27,917 bases of DNA from a virus (taxonomy: Duplodnaviria; Caudoviricetes): IMG/VR virus record IMGVR_UViG_3300044209_000012, positions 1 through 27,917 of that record. One strand, given 5' to 3'. Each line of letters opens with the position of its first letter. Position 1 is the stretch's first letter. The notes under the pieces were generated by a model. It was given only the letters and a program-made list of their open reading frames with translations. It had not been told where the DNA came from and ran no database searches. Positions 8,783 through 17,198 of this stretch are shown here, piece by piece. The position numbers and the translations under genes were made by a program.

Positions 8783-9259
8783 TCAGTGAATCGGCATTGC
8801 AAGCAGGGAGTGAGCGCCTTTGTCCTTGATAGTGTTCAAAGCCTCTTTCTCCGCCAATGCTGCGCTATTGAGCGTTCGCGGGTCTTGCGCTGTCTGGTTT
8901 AGCGACATGGAACGAATGATTGCGAGCTGCTGACGCTGGAGTGTGTCGATCACTCTCAGCAGTGGGTTTTCCACCATCGTGCCCTTTTGGTTTTTTATGA
9001 TTGGGCTTGATTGGTCTAAATGTTCTTGGTATCGCCTGATGTCTGCCTCAAGCCTGACGGCTTTGGCGAGCAGCACCAGATCAAAGTCCCGCCAGGCATC
9101 TCGTGCGCGCGCGCGCGTGAACTGACGCCAAATTGTAATCTCAGACTCATTTCTGAGGCGCACGCCTTCTGGCAATTGAATTTCGTCTTGTGCTTTTTGC
9201 AGTAAAGCTGAGGCTGCATCTGCGCTATCTGACCTGGCTTTTCGGTTAGGGTTGATCAT
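8783..9259 (-). CDS. terS: Terminase small subunit (P27-like)
   Basis: Lies between the HNH gene/cos and terL; IKNQKGTMVENPLL motif; 158 aa. Confidence 0.8.
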   Translation of the reverse strand: MINPNRKARSDSADAASALLQKAQDEIQLPEGVRLRNESEITIWRQFTRARARDAWRDFDLVLLAKAVRLEADIRRYQEHLDQSSPIIKNQKGTMVENPLLRVIDTLQRQQLAIIRSMSLNQTAQDPRTLNSAALAEKEALNTIKDKGAHSLLAMPIH

Positions 9260-9295
9260 AATTTTCTAGGCGTTTTTCTGGAATAGCAATTGAAA

Positions 9296-9352
9296 AAAGG
9301 CAAGCGGCCGGTCTAGGTTAAGAAATGTTTTTCACTTTGACAACACCCCTAC
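9296..9352. other. Putative cos (cohesive end) site
   Basis: HNH-terS intergenic region. Minus strand AGGGGTGTTGTCAAA...CTAGACCGGCCGCTTGCC is a GC-rich core in AT-rich flanks, the usual position in HK97-like phages. Confidence 0.55.
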
Positions 9353-9676
9353 CTACCAGCCCTCAGGAATTCCATCAGTTCCAACGGAAGGCGGAAAAGT
9401 TCCGCGCTCCATCCTTTGCTTCACCGAGTCGTGATGCCACTTGCATAAAGGTTGCCAGTTCGACCGTTTCCAAAACAGCTTCAGATCGCCAGCATGGGGC
9501 ACGATGTGATCCACCACAGTCGCCGCAGTCACGCGACCTTCTGCCTTGCACATGACGCACAGCGGATTGTTGGTCAGGAACACCTCACGGCTATTGCGCC
9601 ACTTGTGCCCGTAGCCTCGCGCTGCTGCGCTGCGCTTGTCCTCACGCCATGAGCTGCTGGGCTTGTCGTCGCTCAC
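9353..9676 (-). CDS. Terminase-associated HNH endonuclease (HK97 gp74-like)
   Basis: RGYGHKW, PLCVMC, VVDHIVPH, NWQPLCKWHHD. Confidence 0.92.
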   Translation of the reverse strand: MSDDKPSSSWREDKRSAAARGYGHKWRNSREVFLTNNPLCVMCKAEGRVTAATVVDHIVPHAGDLKLFWKRSNWQPLCKWHHDSVKQRMERGTFPPSVGTDGIPEGW

Positions 9677-9834
9677 AACTCCACCCCATCACCACGCTCC
9701 CGACCCGCCGCATTGCCGTCTAAATCAAGCTCAGGCGCGTCATCGGCCTCATCGCTAGCGAGTTGCTGGATCAGGTCAAACAGCATCTGTCCAATGCTGT
9801 CTACCTTTGCCTCGATTCGGTCTAGCTGGGTCAT
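9673..9834 (-). CDS. Hypothetical 53-aa acidic protein (absent from the ORF track)
   Basis: MTQLDRIEAKVDSIGQMLFDLIQQLASDEADDAPELDLDG...; 4-bp ATGA/GTGA overlaps with both neighbours. Confidence 0.7.
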   Translation of the reverse strand: MTQLDRIEAKVDSIGQMLFDLIQQLASDEADDAPELDLDGNAAGRERGDGVEL

Positions 9835-10052
9835 CGGTACTCCTTGTGATCCTGCGCCCAGCAGCAGCCAGCGCAGGCGTTATCCGTCATGGCACGGTCA
9901 TACCGGCAATCCCGGCTCATGCGAAACGGCCACGAAGCACCACCCTGGCTGTGCGTTACCGTCTCACGGTATGGAGCGCGGTTGCAGCATCCATAGCGGT
10001 GATCCGCATCACGGACGCCGTGAGGGTGGACTGGATGATCTGCTACTGGCAT
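9831..10052 (-). CDS. Hypothetical Cys-rich protein
   Basis: 73 aa; YGCCNR and CRYDR...CAGC; tightly packed in the operon. Confidence 0.65.
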   Translation of the reverse strand: MPVADHPVHPHGVRDADHRYGCCNRAPYRETVTHSQGGASWPFRMSRDCRYDRAMTDNACAGCCWAQDHKEYR

Positions 10053-10055
10053 GGG

Positions 10056-10331
10056 TCAACGCTCCAAGCCTTGCAGCCTATCGGCAACAAGCTGCGAGTA
10101 CCCAGCGATATCGTGCCAAGAGTCCGCGTAGTTCGGGTCTCCGTTGACGATGCGGGCGATCTTATGGCAGATCATGTCCAGTGCCTCTTTCTGGTCATCA
10201 GCCAAATGCTGTTCTCGTTTGTCAAGATAGCGGTTGATCGTCTGCTTTAGATGCTGGGCAATCTCTGCATGGCCGGTGAATGTGCCGTATCGCTTGCCAC
10301 GCTCTGTAAGTGTGTCGTTGACGTTGTTCAT
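10056..10331 (-). CDS. DUF6378-like phage protein
   Basis: TLTERGKRYGTF, KIARIVNGDPNYADSWHDIAGY. Start at ATG 10331 (ATGA overlap). Confidence 0.8.
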   Translation of the reverse strand: MNNVNDTLTERGKRYGTFTGHAEIAQHLKQTINRYLDKREQHLADDQKEALDMICHKIARIVNGDPNYADSWHDIAGYSQLVADRLQGLER

Positions 10332-10708
10332 TCCTTCTTTCCTTCCTTGCTTTGTAGCCATTCCATCATGGCCTGATAGGCCTCATCAGCTCCGTGGCAG
10401 ATTCGCGCTGTCACTCCGCGCTGATGCAATGCATCCTGCATCGCTAGTTGCTCTGCGCTCGGCTTGCCCTTATCGGTCTTCATCTCGATGGCCAATGGCG
10501 GCAGGCCGGCAGCAAACAGCAGCAGGTCAGGCGCTCCGGCCATCATGCCCTCATGCACTAGGCGAAGGCGCTGTGCGGCGCTCACGCTGGCCCCATTGGG
10601 TACGGCAAAGCATAGCACCTCAGGGTGGAAGGCGCGAACCTTCATCACGAAGCGGGTTTGCTCTGAATGCTCTTTCGACTGTCGGGGTCGTGGCTGTGCG
10701 TAGGTCAT
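10328..10708 (-). CDS. VRR-NUC domain nuclease
   Basis: EHSEQ, FAVPNG, EGMMAGAPDL, AIEMK, S..Q. Confidence 0.88.
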   Translation of the reverse strand: MTYAQPRPRQSKEHSEQTRFVMKVRAFHPEVLCFAVPNGASVSAAQRLRLVHEGMMAGAPDLLLFAAGLPPLAIEMKTDKGKPSAEQLAMQDALHQRGVTARICHGADEAYQAMMEWLQSKEGKKE

Positions 10709-11103
10709 CAAGTCCACCAATCTTCTGATGCTGTTTGCGCTTGATTAGAAGCCTGCTGTAGCGTTTTCTCTGGCTGGTGCATCTGCTCATAGCCTGGTGG
10801 CTTGATGAGGCGGCAGCGGTGCAATACGCCGTCGGGCATCGGATGGATGGACGGGTCTTGATGCTGACCCAGCCTGCAAGCCACAGTGCGCCATGAGATG
10901 ACTAACCAACCGCCCTGCTGCTCAATCCTATCGCCCTCAAAGCCTATGCGCTTGCCGGAAGCCTTGAGCGTCCTGGCGCGGTCCATGTGGACTGATTCCT
11001 TGTCCATGCGCTCGATGCGATGCGGGCATCCGTTGCAGACCACGCGATCATCCAGGTCCAGCGTGTAATCCAGTTGATCGAATGTGATCTTGTCGGGCTG
11101 CAT
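10708..11103 (-). CDS. Hypothetical protein, possibly Zn-binding
   Basis: 131 aa; DDRVVCNGC...C...LHRC; preceded by an extended -10. Confidence 0.65.
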   Translation of the reverse strand: MQPDKITFDQLDYTLDLDDRVVCNGCPHRIERMDKESVHMDRARTLKASGKRIGFEGDRIEQQGGWLVISWRTVACRLGQHQDPSIHPMPDGVLHRCRLIKPPGYEQMHQPEKTLQQASNQAQTASEDWWT

Positions 11104-11109
11104 GATGGC

Positions 11110-11132
11110 ATTGTAGCAGGTGGATATGCTGC
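11110..11132 (-). promoter_or_regulatory. Extended -10 promoter (TGcTACAAT) overlapped by palindrome GTAGCA-N8-TGCTGC
   Basis: Plus strand ATTGTAGCAGGTGGATATGCTGC; the -10 ends 6 nt before ATG 11103. Confidence 0.6.
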
Positions 11133-11164
11133 GCGGTTGATGAGTGGCGGGATGGGCCGACGCG

Positions 11165-11500
11165 AGGGTGAAAAAGGTTATGGGTTGCGGTTACACACTT
11201 TTTCCCTACTCGGTTCTTATGTACAACACATATTTTTTTATCTCATCAAACGTATGTATGCTCTCCGTTTTTCCACTTTTTCTTTTTCACCAACCCCAAC
11301 CTCTTTACTTGCTTTTTAAACTGTAATCTGTAACCTTATAAGAAAAAGACAAAGGAAAACAAAGGGTTATAGCGGTCACAAATGAAGTCACATAAGGTTT
11401 CAGATGTGCTTAAAAAGTGCTTATCCGAAACCATTTGCAATCAAAAAGAAAAAGCCTAGCAATTTGCTAGGCTTCTGAGTGACTTCTGAATGGTTACGGA
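11165..11500. other. Putative replication origin (AT-rich, GGTTAC-like repeats)
   Basis: About 340 bp non-coding and AT-rich, downstream of the primase-helicase, with GGTTAC/GTAACC/GGTCAC/AGTCAC copies in both orientations. Confidence 0.55.
11443..11475 (-). terminator. Terminator after the primase gene
   Basis: AAGCCTAGC-AATTT-GCTAGGCTT hairpin preceded by an A-tract on the plus strand. Confidence 0.65.
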
Positions 11501-11503
11501 GGC

Positions 11504-14332
11504 TTAGAACTCGCTGATCTTCACGATGCCTCGCAACTTCTCCCGATAGATGGAATGATGCGATTCCGGGAGCGTAACCAGCTCTTCCAATAGCTCGCCA
11601 CGCACAGAGAATCGACAAGCCTTGCCATCAAACTTGACGATCCAAGGCACTTGTGCGAATCCAAGATCATCCAAGCATTTGCGCAACCTTCGACCGTTCA
11701 GCGGCGCATAGCCAGCAGCCTTCATAGCCTGATTGACATGGCTCTGGCTCACCACGTTGGCCGATACGCCATGCCCGCCGGACTCGATTACGATCTCCAG
11801 GTTTACAAGATCATCGGGCCTAGCTGCCTCGATCATGTCCAGCTTTCCCTGCGTCATGGGCGGTGCTGCGATGCGGTCAAAGTCCTCCAAGTCAACGCTC
11901 ATCAGCCACGCCCTGATATCGCCAGGATGCTCGTTGATGGCCTGATAGAGCGCCGCCCAATAGGCCTGGTCAAACATCTGCACCACATCTTCCCGCGTCT
12001 TGGCTGCGGTGGACATGACCCCATAGCGCCTGTCCTCACGATCCAGCGGCAGCGCGTCTTGGAAGTTGGTAAAGCAGCAGTAGTTCTGAGTGTTCAGCGC
12101 ATCCACGCCGTCAAAGCCTTTGCGCACAACCTTGATGCGGTCGTTGGTGATGTATGGCTTTAGCTTGTTGGTCAGGTCATGCCGCGAATGGCCTACGATC
12201 CTAATTTCCTCGATGAATGCCACGCATGAACCCTGCGCCCATCCGCTGAATGCCGAGTAGACCTCATCCATGTTGATGCTCTTGACGTTGACCTGACCCA
12301 TCGCCGCGCTCATGATGCGCTCAATCGTGGTCTTGCCTGAACCCTGCGGCCCATAGATGACGGGTGCCCACAGAATCTTGACGCCAGGATGCTGCACGTT
12401 ATGCGCCATCCACTTGATCATCAGGCCGGCCTCTCGTTCGCTGCCCATTAGCTTGTGCATATGCGACTGAATCACGCGCCAGTGCTCGCGCTGCTGCCAG
12501 TCGGCGGAAATGCCGGGCACGGTGCGCCCGCTGTAGCTGTTGAGATACTGCCGCAGCTCATGCCGGAAGAACTGACCATCAGGCGCATCGGTCCAGAACT
12601 TCGGGACATACATCTGAGCGTAGGCGGTGCGACCCTCATTCATGCTGAAGAACCGGCTTGGCGACTGCGGCCTGTCGTCATCCGGCATGATCGGCACATC
12701 CATCGCGTGGATCATGTCAAACGACTGCTTGGACACCTCTCGCCCATCTCGCAGGTTAATGAACCGCTCGGACTGCTCCAGATAGACCCAATCCTTGAGC
12801 ATGGACGTGGACTTTGCGAGGTGCTGGTATTCCTCCATCGCCTGCTGCTTGGAAGCTGCGCGGGCTGCAGCCAAGGGCTTGTTGATGATGGTTTCCCTAG
12901 CCTGCTCGATCTTGATCCTGTAGTCGTGCTTGGCAAGCGCCTTTTTATAGTCCTGCGCCAGCGACTCCAGCGCCTTGTCATCAATGCCGACTAAGGTGCT
13001 GATGAACTCTGGCACATCGTGCAGCAGCTCGTCTTGCGTGGCTTTCCTGATGCGCTCTGCGGCTCTGCGGATCACGGCTGCGTCGGGCTTGATCTGCGTG
13101 ACAGGCTTCGCGGCTTCTGGCGTTTGCTGCTCCATCACCTCGACGGACGCCGACTCGACCACATCGCCAGAAGCCTGCTTAATGAACTCGGCAAACTCAT
13201 CCGCAGCGCTGACAGCAGGCTCAAACCGTGCCATGTCCTCGCGCCGCTCCTGGCGCTCATCATCTGACAGCGCCCGCAGCGCCCTCTTGATGCTGCCGCC
13301 ATGCTCAAAGTGCAGGTACAGGTCGAAGGCATCACCGAAGCAGGCGCTGGCTGACTTGGCCGTATGCCGCCCCAGGCCAGACTTGGAATCCGACTCGGAC
13401 AACGAAATCCAGTGAGTGCCATAGTTTCGCGTGGCGTAGCTGCCGCTTGACTGATACGGGCTACGCCAGTCCTTGCTGCGGCCTCGCTGATCGTAGCCAT
13501 TGGCCAGCAGCAAGTCCTCTATGCTGTTGGCGTCGTTGAACCGCTTGATCAGGTCAATGGCGCTCCTGCCGTCGCCCTTGCTGGCTGTCCGCCGCATCGC
13601 ATCATGCCGCGCCTGCTCGCGTCTGCGTTCCATCTCGGCATCCAGCGCTGCCCGCTCCTGCCGCAGCGCCTGGATGACTTCGCGCACCCTGCCACTACTC
13701 GGCCTCAAGCCATCAGACCCCAGCACCATGCGCTTGTAGAACTCAGGATCACCAAACGCATCGCGCCGAGCTGGCGGCACGTTCGGCATATAGACCGGCT
13801 GGCCCGCACGATCCAGCGCATAGTCTGGCTTGATTCCGGTGACTTGCTGAAAGTGCCTAAACAGACAATGCTGCAATTCCTGCCACTGCTCAAAGCCGAC
13901 CGGCTTGGCAAGTGGAATGATGCCGCGCCATTTCTGCTGTTCTGCGCTGGCGCTGCTGCTGGAGTAGACCAGTGCCGCCGTGTTCTCTCCTGCGAAAACC
14001 TGGATCGCGCCTGCTACCACGTTCAGCGACAGATTGCCAGTGTCCACATCCAGCGCCAGCGCGACATACCGCCCATTCTCGCGCTGCACCTCATGGGTGC
14101 GGGCATCGCTGGCGCAGTAGCTCGAAGGAATGATGGCCAGCGCCTGCATCTTCTCTGCGCTGCCAGGCTCCATTCTGAACACCTGATCCAGCGTCAGTGT
14201 GTCGTAGTCCCGGCCAGAATACCGCTTCGTGTCGCTGCTACCGTTGAAGCAGACCACACGATGGCTGCGCCAATCATCAACAGGACGCGCCGCATCGTTG
14301 ACCGCTATAATCTCATCAATCGTTTCGTTCAT
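11504..14332 (-). CDS. Primase-helicase (AEP-like N-terminus, DUF5906/SF3-type helicase C-terminus)
   Basis: LALDVD, YSSSS...KWRGIIPL, GQPVYMP; GPQGSGKT, FIEEI, FTN, DRRY. Start at ATG 14332 after AAAGGA. Confidence 0.85.
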   Translation of the reverse strand: MNETIDEIIAVNDAARPVDDWRSHRVVCFNGSSDTKRYSGRDYDTLTLDQVFRMEPGSAEKMQALAIIPSSYCASDARTHEVQRENGRYVALALDVDTGNLSLNVVAGAIQVFAGENTAALVYSSSSASAEQQKWRGIIPLAKPVGFEQWQELQHCLFRHFQQVTGIKPDYALDRAGQPVYMPNVPPARRDAFGDPEFYKRMVLGSDGLRPSSGRVREVIQALRQERAALDAEMERRREQARHDAMRRTASKGDGRSAIDLIKRFNDANSIEDLLLANGYDQRGRSKDWRSPYQSSGSYATRNYGTHWISLSESDSKSGLGRHTAKSASACFGDAFDLYLHFEHGGSIKRALRALSDDERQERREDMARFEPAVSAADEFAEFIKQASGDVVESASVEVMEQQTPEAAKPVTQIKPDAAVIRRAAERIRKATQDELLHDVPEFISTLVGIDDKALESLAQDYKKALAKHDYRIKIEQARETIINKPLAAARAASKQQAMEEYQHLAKSTSMLKDWVYLEQSERFINLRDGREVSKQSFDMIHAMDVPIMPDDDRPQSPSRFFSMNEGRTAYAQMYVPKFWTDAPDGQFFRHELRQYLNSYSGRTVPGISADWQQREHWRVIQSHMHKLMGSEREAGLMIKWMAHNVQHPGVKILWAPVIYGPQGSGKTTIERIMSAAMGQVNVKSINMDEVYSAFSGWAQGSCVAFIEEIRIVGHSRHDLTNKLKPYITNDRIKVVRKGFDGVDALNTQNYCCFTNFQDALPLDREDRRYGVMSTAAKTREDVVQMFDQAYWAALYQAINEHPGDIRAWLMSVDLEDFDRIAAPPMTQGKLDMIEAARPDDLVNLEIVIESGGHGVSANVVSQSHVNQAMKAAGYAPLNGRRLRKCLDDLGFAQVPWIVKFDGKACRFSVRGELLEELVTLPESHHSIYREKLRGIVKISEF

Positions 14333-14396
14333 TGTTTTTCCTTTCTGCATCCTTGCCTTGACCCGGACTGGTTCGCGCCATCCGGGTTATTTTTTT
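14318..14396 (+). ncRNA. Candidate antisense RNA over the primase RBS and start codon
   Basis: TATAAT at 14306-14311; hairpin TGACCCGGA...TCCGGGTTA followed by T7 at 14390-14396. Confidence 0.4.
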
Positions 14397-14620
14397 GCCG
14401 GCATCGGCTGGCCGCAGGCGCCGCATACACTACGCCCTTCGCGCTCGGCCCTGTAGCGCATCAACCGATAGATGCTCTGCCGCCTGATGCCGTGCACTTT
14501 GGCAGCATCCGCAATAGTTGCGCCCGACTGAACCATGAGTAGGGCTTGCGCCGTGCGAGTCGGCGGCTTATCGGCCTTCCGCGCCGCCTCATGCTGGCAG
14601 GTGATAGGTGGTTTTTTCAT
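14387..14620 (-). CDS. Small HTH DNA-binding regulator
   Basis: GATIADAAKVHGIRRQSIYR HTH plus C-terminal CGACGQ. Exact start uncertain. Confidence 0.8.
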   Translation of the reverse strand: MKKPPITCQHEAARKADKPPTRTAQALLMVQSGATIADAAKVHGIRRQSIYRLMRYRAEREGRSVCGACGQPMPAKK

Positions 14621-14648
14621 GCGATCCTTTCTGATCTGGTGGGCTTAC

Positions 14649-14674
14649 ATAGTAGCATAAAACCATGCTACACT
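14649..14674. promoter_or_regulatory. Overlapping divergent promoters within palindrome GTAGCA-N8-TGCTAC
   Basis: Plus strand TGcTACACT; minus strand TGcTACTAT; lies between divergent operons. Confidence 0.65.
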
Positions 14675-14729
14675 GAAGCCACCCGGACGGACGGGTAACG
14701 ATTCAACGTGACAACGAAAAGGAAGCGTC

Positions 14730-15803
14730 ATGACAGGAACCATTGATCATAGCGCCAGGCGGCACAAACGCTTGAGCGGATCGCGCATCGAGAGGGCGCT
14801 GCTGTGCGCTGGCTCGGTGCAGCTCGAAGCCACGGTGCCGGAGACCAGCACCGGCGAAGCCGCCCAGCGAGGCACTGCAATCCACGAAATCGCAGATGCT
14901 TTGCTCAGTGGCAACCAAATCCCCGAGCATCACTCAGACAAGCCTGACGACTGGATTGAGGAAGCCAAGGACTATGCCAATGCCCTGACAGCCTACGCCG
15001 CACCTTGGGCCAAGAAACGGTTTGTGGAGCTGCGCGTGGATGATGGCCTGGGACAGCTTCACCCGCACCTCGGCGGCACTGCCGACTATGTGGCCATCGG
15101 ATCGGGTCGCCTGTTGGTGGCTGACCTCAAGACGGGCCGGATCGACGTTCAGCCGCAGTGGAGCGGCCAGCTCATGACCTATGCGGCTGGCGTCGTGCTG
15201 CAACTGCAAGCGCCGCCCACCATCAACGTGACGCTTGCCATCTATCAGGGCGGTAAGCTCAAGACCTGGGACTGCGCTCACGCCGACTTGCTGGACTGGA
15301 TGGACACGCTCAAAGACTTGTCTGCCCGAGTCTGGGCCGAGAATCCCATCAGAACGCCATCAGCCGATGCTTGCCGCTGGTGCCGAGCCAAGACCGTCTG
15401 TCCTGAACTGAACGCTAAGGCTAAGGAGATTGCCACACTCGTCGCGCATCAGGACTTCGGGCTGGTGCAGGCCAAAGACTCAGAGCCGCCAGCCGTCACG
15501 ATCCCGAACATCACGACCGACATGCTGGACACTGCCGACCTGCTACAAAGCTGGATTGATGATGTCCGCGACAAGGCCAAGCGCCAGATCACAGAAGGCC
15601 AGGAGATCACCGGATGGAGGATGAAGCCTGGCCGGCGCATGATCCAGATCGTGGATGCCGAAAAAGCCGAACAGATGGCGCAAAACGTTAAGGAAGCCTG
15701 GACACTCAAGACGCCAGCAGCGCTGCAAAAGCTCGGCGTGCTGCCGTCCTCGCTGTTTCGTGAAGTAAATGCAGCAGCATCGCTGGTAAAGGTGGATAAG
15801 TGA
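14730..15803 (+). CDS. Cas4-like PD-(D/E)xK exonuclease (DUF2800)
   Basis: GTAIHE, GGTAD, ADLKTG, QLMTYA, CRWCRAKTVCP. Confidence 0.88.
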   Translation: MTGTIDHSARRHKRLSGSRIERALLCAGSVQLEATVPETSTGEAAQRGTAIHEIADALLSGNQIPEHHSDKPDDWIEEAKDYANALTAYAAPWAKKRFVELRVDDGLGQLHPHLGGTADYVAIGSGRLLVADLKTGRIDVQPQWSGQLMTYAAGVVLQLQAPPTINVTLAIYQGGKLKTWDCAHADLLDWMDTLKDLSARVWAENPIRTPSADACRWCRAKTVCPELNAKAKEIATLVAHQDFGLVQAKDSEPPAVTIPNITTDMLDTADLLQSWIDDVRDKAKRQITEGQEITGWRMKPGRRMIQIVDAEKAEQMAQNVKEAWTLKTPAALQKLGVLPSSLFREVNAAASLVKVDK

Positions 15804-17047
15804 AGCTACTGCCACATCAAGAAGTCGCAAGGGACTTTCTGCTGTCCAAAAAGCGGGCAATACTTGCAGATGCACCCAGGGTCGGGAAAAGCCTTGGCAC
15901 GGCAGCAGCCGCGATCCAGCACTTACCGGCGCTTGTTGTTTGCCCCGCAGTGGTTAAGCCTGGATGGGTAAAGACCTTCAAAGCACTGGGCCATGAGGCG
16001 CAAGAGGTCAAGGGACGTGCCGCAGCGCAAGCTGTCAAAGCCGAAGGAATTGTCGTCATTAACTACGACATCTTGCAAGATATGCCGACGATGGACGGCT
16101 GGCAAACGCTTGTGCTGGATGAAGTGCATCGCACCAAGACGCCTACAGCCAAGCGCACCAAAGCCGCTATGAAGCTTATGAAGGCTGTGCCTAGGGTCTA
16201 TGCGCTGTCCGGCACGATCCCAAGCAACCGCCCTATCGAACTATGGCCCCTGCTGCATGGCCTAGGCATCTACAAACGCTCATGGATGGAGTTCGCTTTC
16301 AGATACGCCAAAGCCTGGAATCCGCCATGGGGTGGGCTTGACGTATCGGGCGCATCCAACCTGCCCGAACTGCGCGAGAAGCTGCGGCCCTACGTTCTCA
16401 GGCGCAAACGCGAGGATGTTTTTACCGGCTATCAGCAGCCTGTCGTGTCGCTGGTTGAGCTGGATCTGCCAGTGGACAAGCGCGAAAAGGCATTCGACGC
16501 CGACACAGTAGCCGATGCCGCTATGGCCAATCCAAACGCCATCTTGGCCATTGAAGGGCTGTCCGAGATCATGCGCGAGGGCGGTGAGCGCAAAGCCCCA
16601 CTGGCTGCTGACTTCATCCGCTCACGCATAGAGCAGGAACCGGATGAACCGCTGGTGGTGTTCGCCTGGCACAAGTCGGTTGTGGCCATGCTGTCAGACA
16701 GCCTAAAACAAGAACCATCCATCAGCCACGTTGTAGTCACCGGCGAGACCAGCGCCAGCGCCAAGCAGCAGGCAATCGACGACTTCCAGGCCGGCAAGGT
16801 GCAGGTCATCATCGGCAACATCAGCTCCATCTCCGAAGGCGTAGACCTGTCCAGAGCGAACACAGTAATCTTCGCTGAGTCCACATGGCAGACCAGCGCT
16901 TTGGAGCAGGCCAGCGCCAGGGTGGAAAACATCAACAAGCAGGGCTGCGCCCCGCTGATCTACATTCTGACGATTCGAGCATCGCTGGATAGCATCGTGC
17001 TGTCCAAGGTTCTGAAGAAGGTCGGCATCATCGAGCAGATTATCTAG
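15800..17047 (+). CDS. SNF2-like SF2 helicase
   Basis: LLPHQ, LADAPRVGKS, VVCPA, LDEVH, LRR, EGVDL. Confidence 0.88.
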   Translation: MKLLPHQEVARDFLLSKKRAILADAPRVGKSLGTAAAAIQHLPALVVCPAVVKPGWVKTFKALGHEAQEVKGRAAAQAVKAEGIVVINYDILQDMPTMDGWQTLVLDEVHRTKTPTAKRTKAAMKLMKAVPRVYALSGTIPSNRPIELWPLLHGLGIYKRSWMEFAFRYAKAWNPPWGGLDVSGASNLPELREKLRPYVLRRKREDVFTGYQQPVVSLVELDLPVDKREKAFDADTVADAAMANPNAILAIEGLSEIMREGGERKAPLAADFIRSRIEQEPDEPLVVFAWHKSVVAMLSDSLKQEPSISHVVVTGETSASAKQQAIDDFQAGKVQVIIGNISSISEGVDLSRANTVIFAESTWQTSALEQASARVENINKQGCAPLIYILTIRASLDSIVLSKVLKKVGIIEQII

Positions 17048-17080
17048 GGAGCATCTAGAAAACACCTAGACATTGGCTAG
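17044..17080. repeat. Four CTAG tetramers at exact 11-bp period
   Basis: CTAG starts at 17044, 17055, 17066 and 17077. Confidence 0.7.
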
Positions 17081-17089
17081 ACTTGCGCC

Positions 17090-17113
17090 AGTAGCATAAA
17101 ACCGTGCTACACT
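17090..17113 (+). promoter_or_regulatory. SSB promoter/operator, 23/24 identical to 14651-14674
   Basis: AGTAGCATAAAACCGTGCTACACT. Confidence 0.7.
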
Positions 17114-17198
17114 ACGCCTGCCAGCAGCAAAACAGCTCTGGCGACAATCCTGAAAACCTAAAACCGACTCAACGTCAAACGCTAAAAAGGCACACGAC

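Noticed and set aside
9104-9118. (GC)n alternating run, possible Z-DNA or microsatellite
   Set aside because: It encodes RARAR within terS and is explained by coding.
14730-15803. Cas4-like gene as a sign of a CRISPR system
   Set aside because: No cas1/cas2 or array; it is the standard phage DUF2800 exonuclease.
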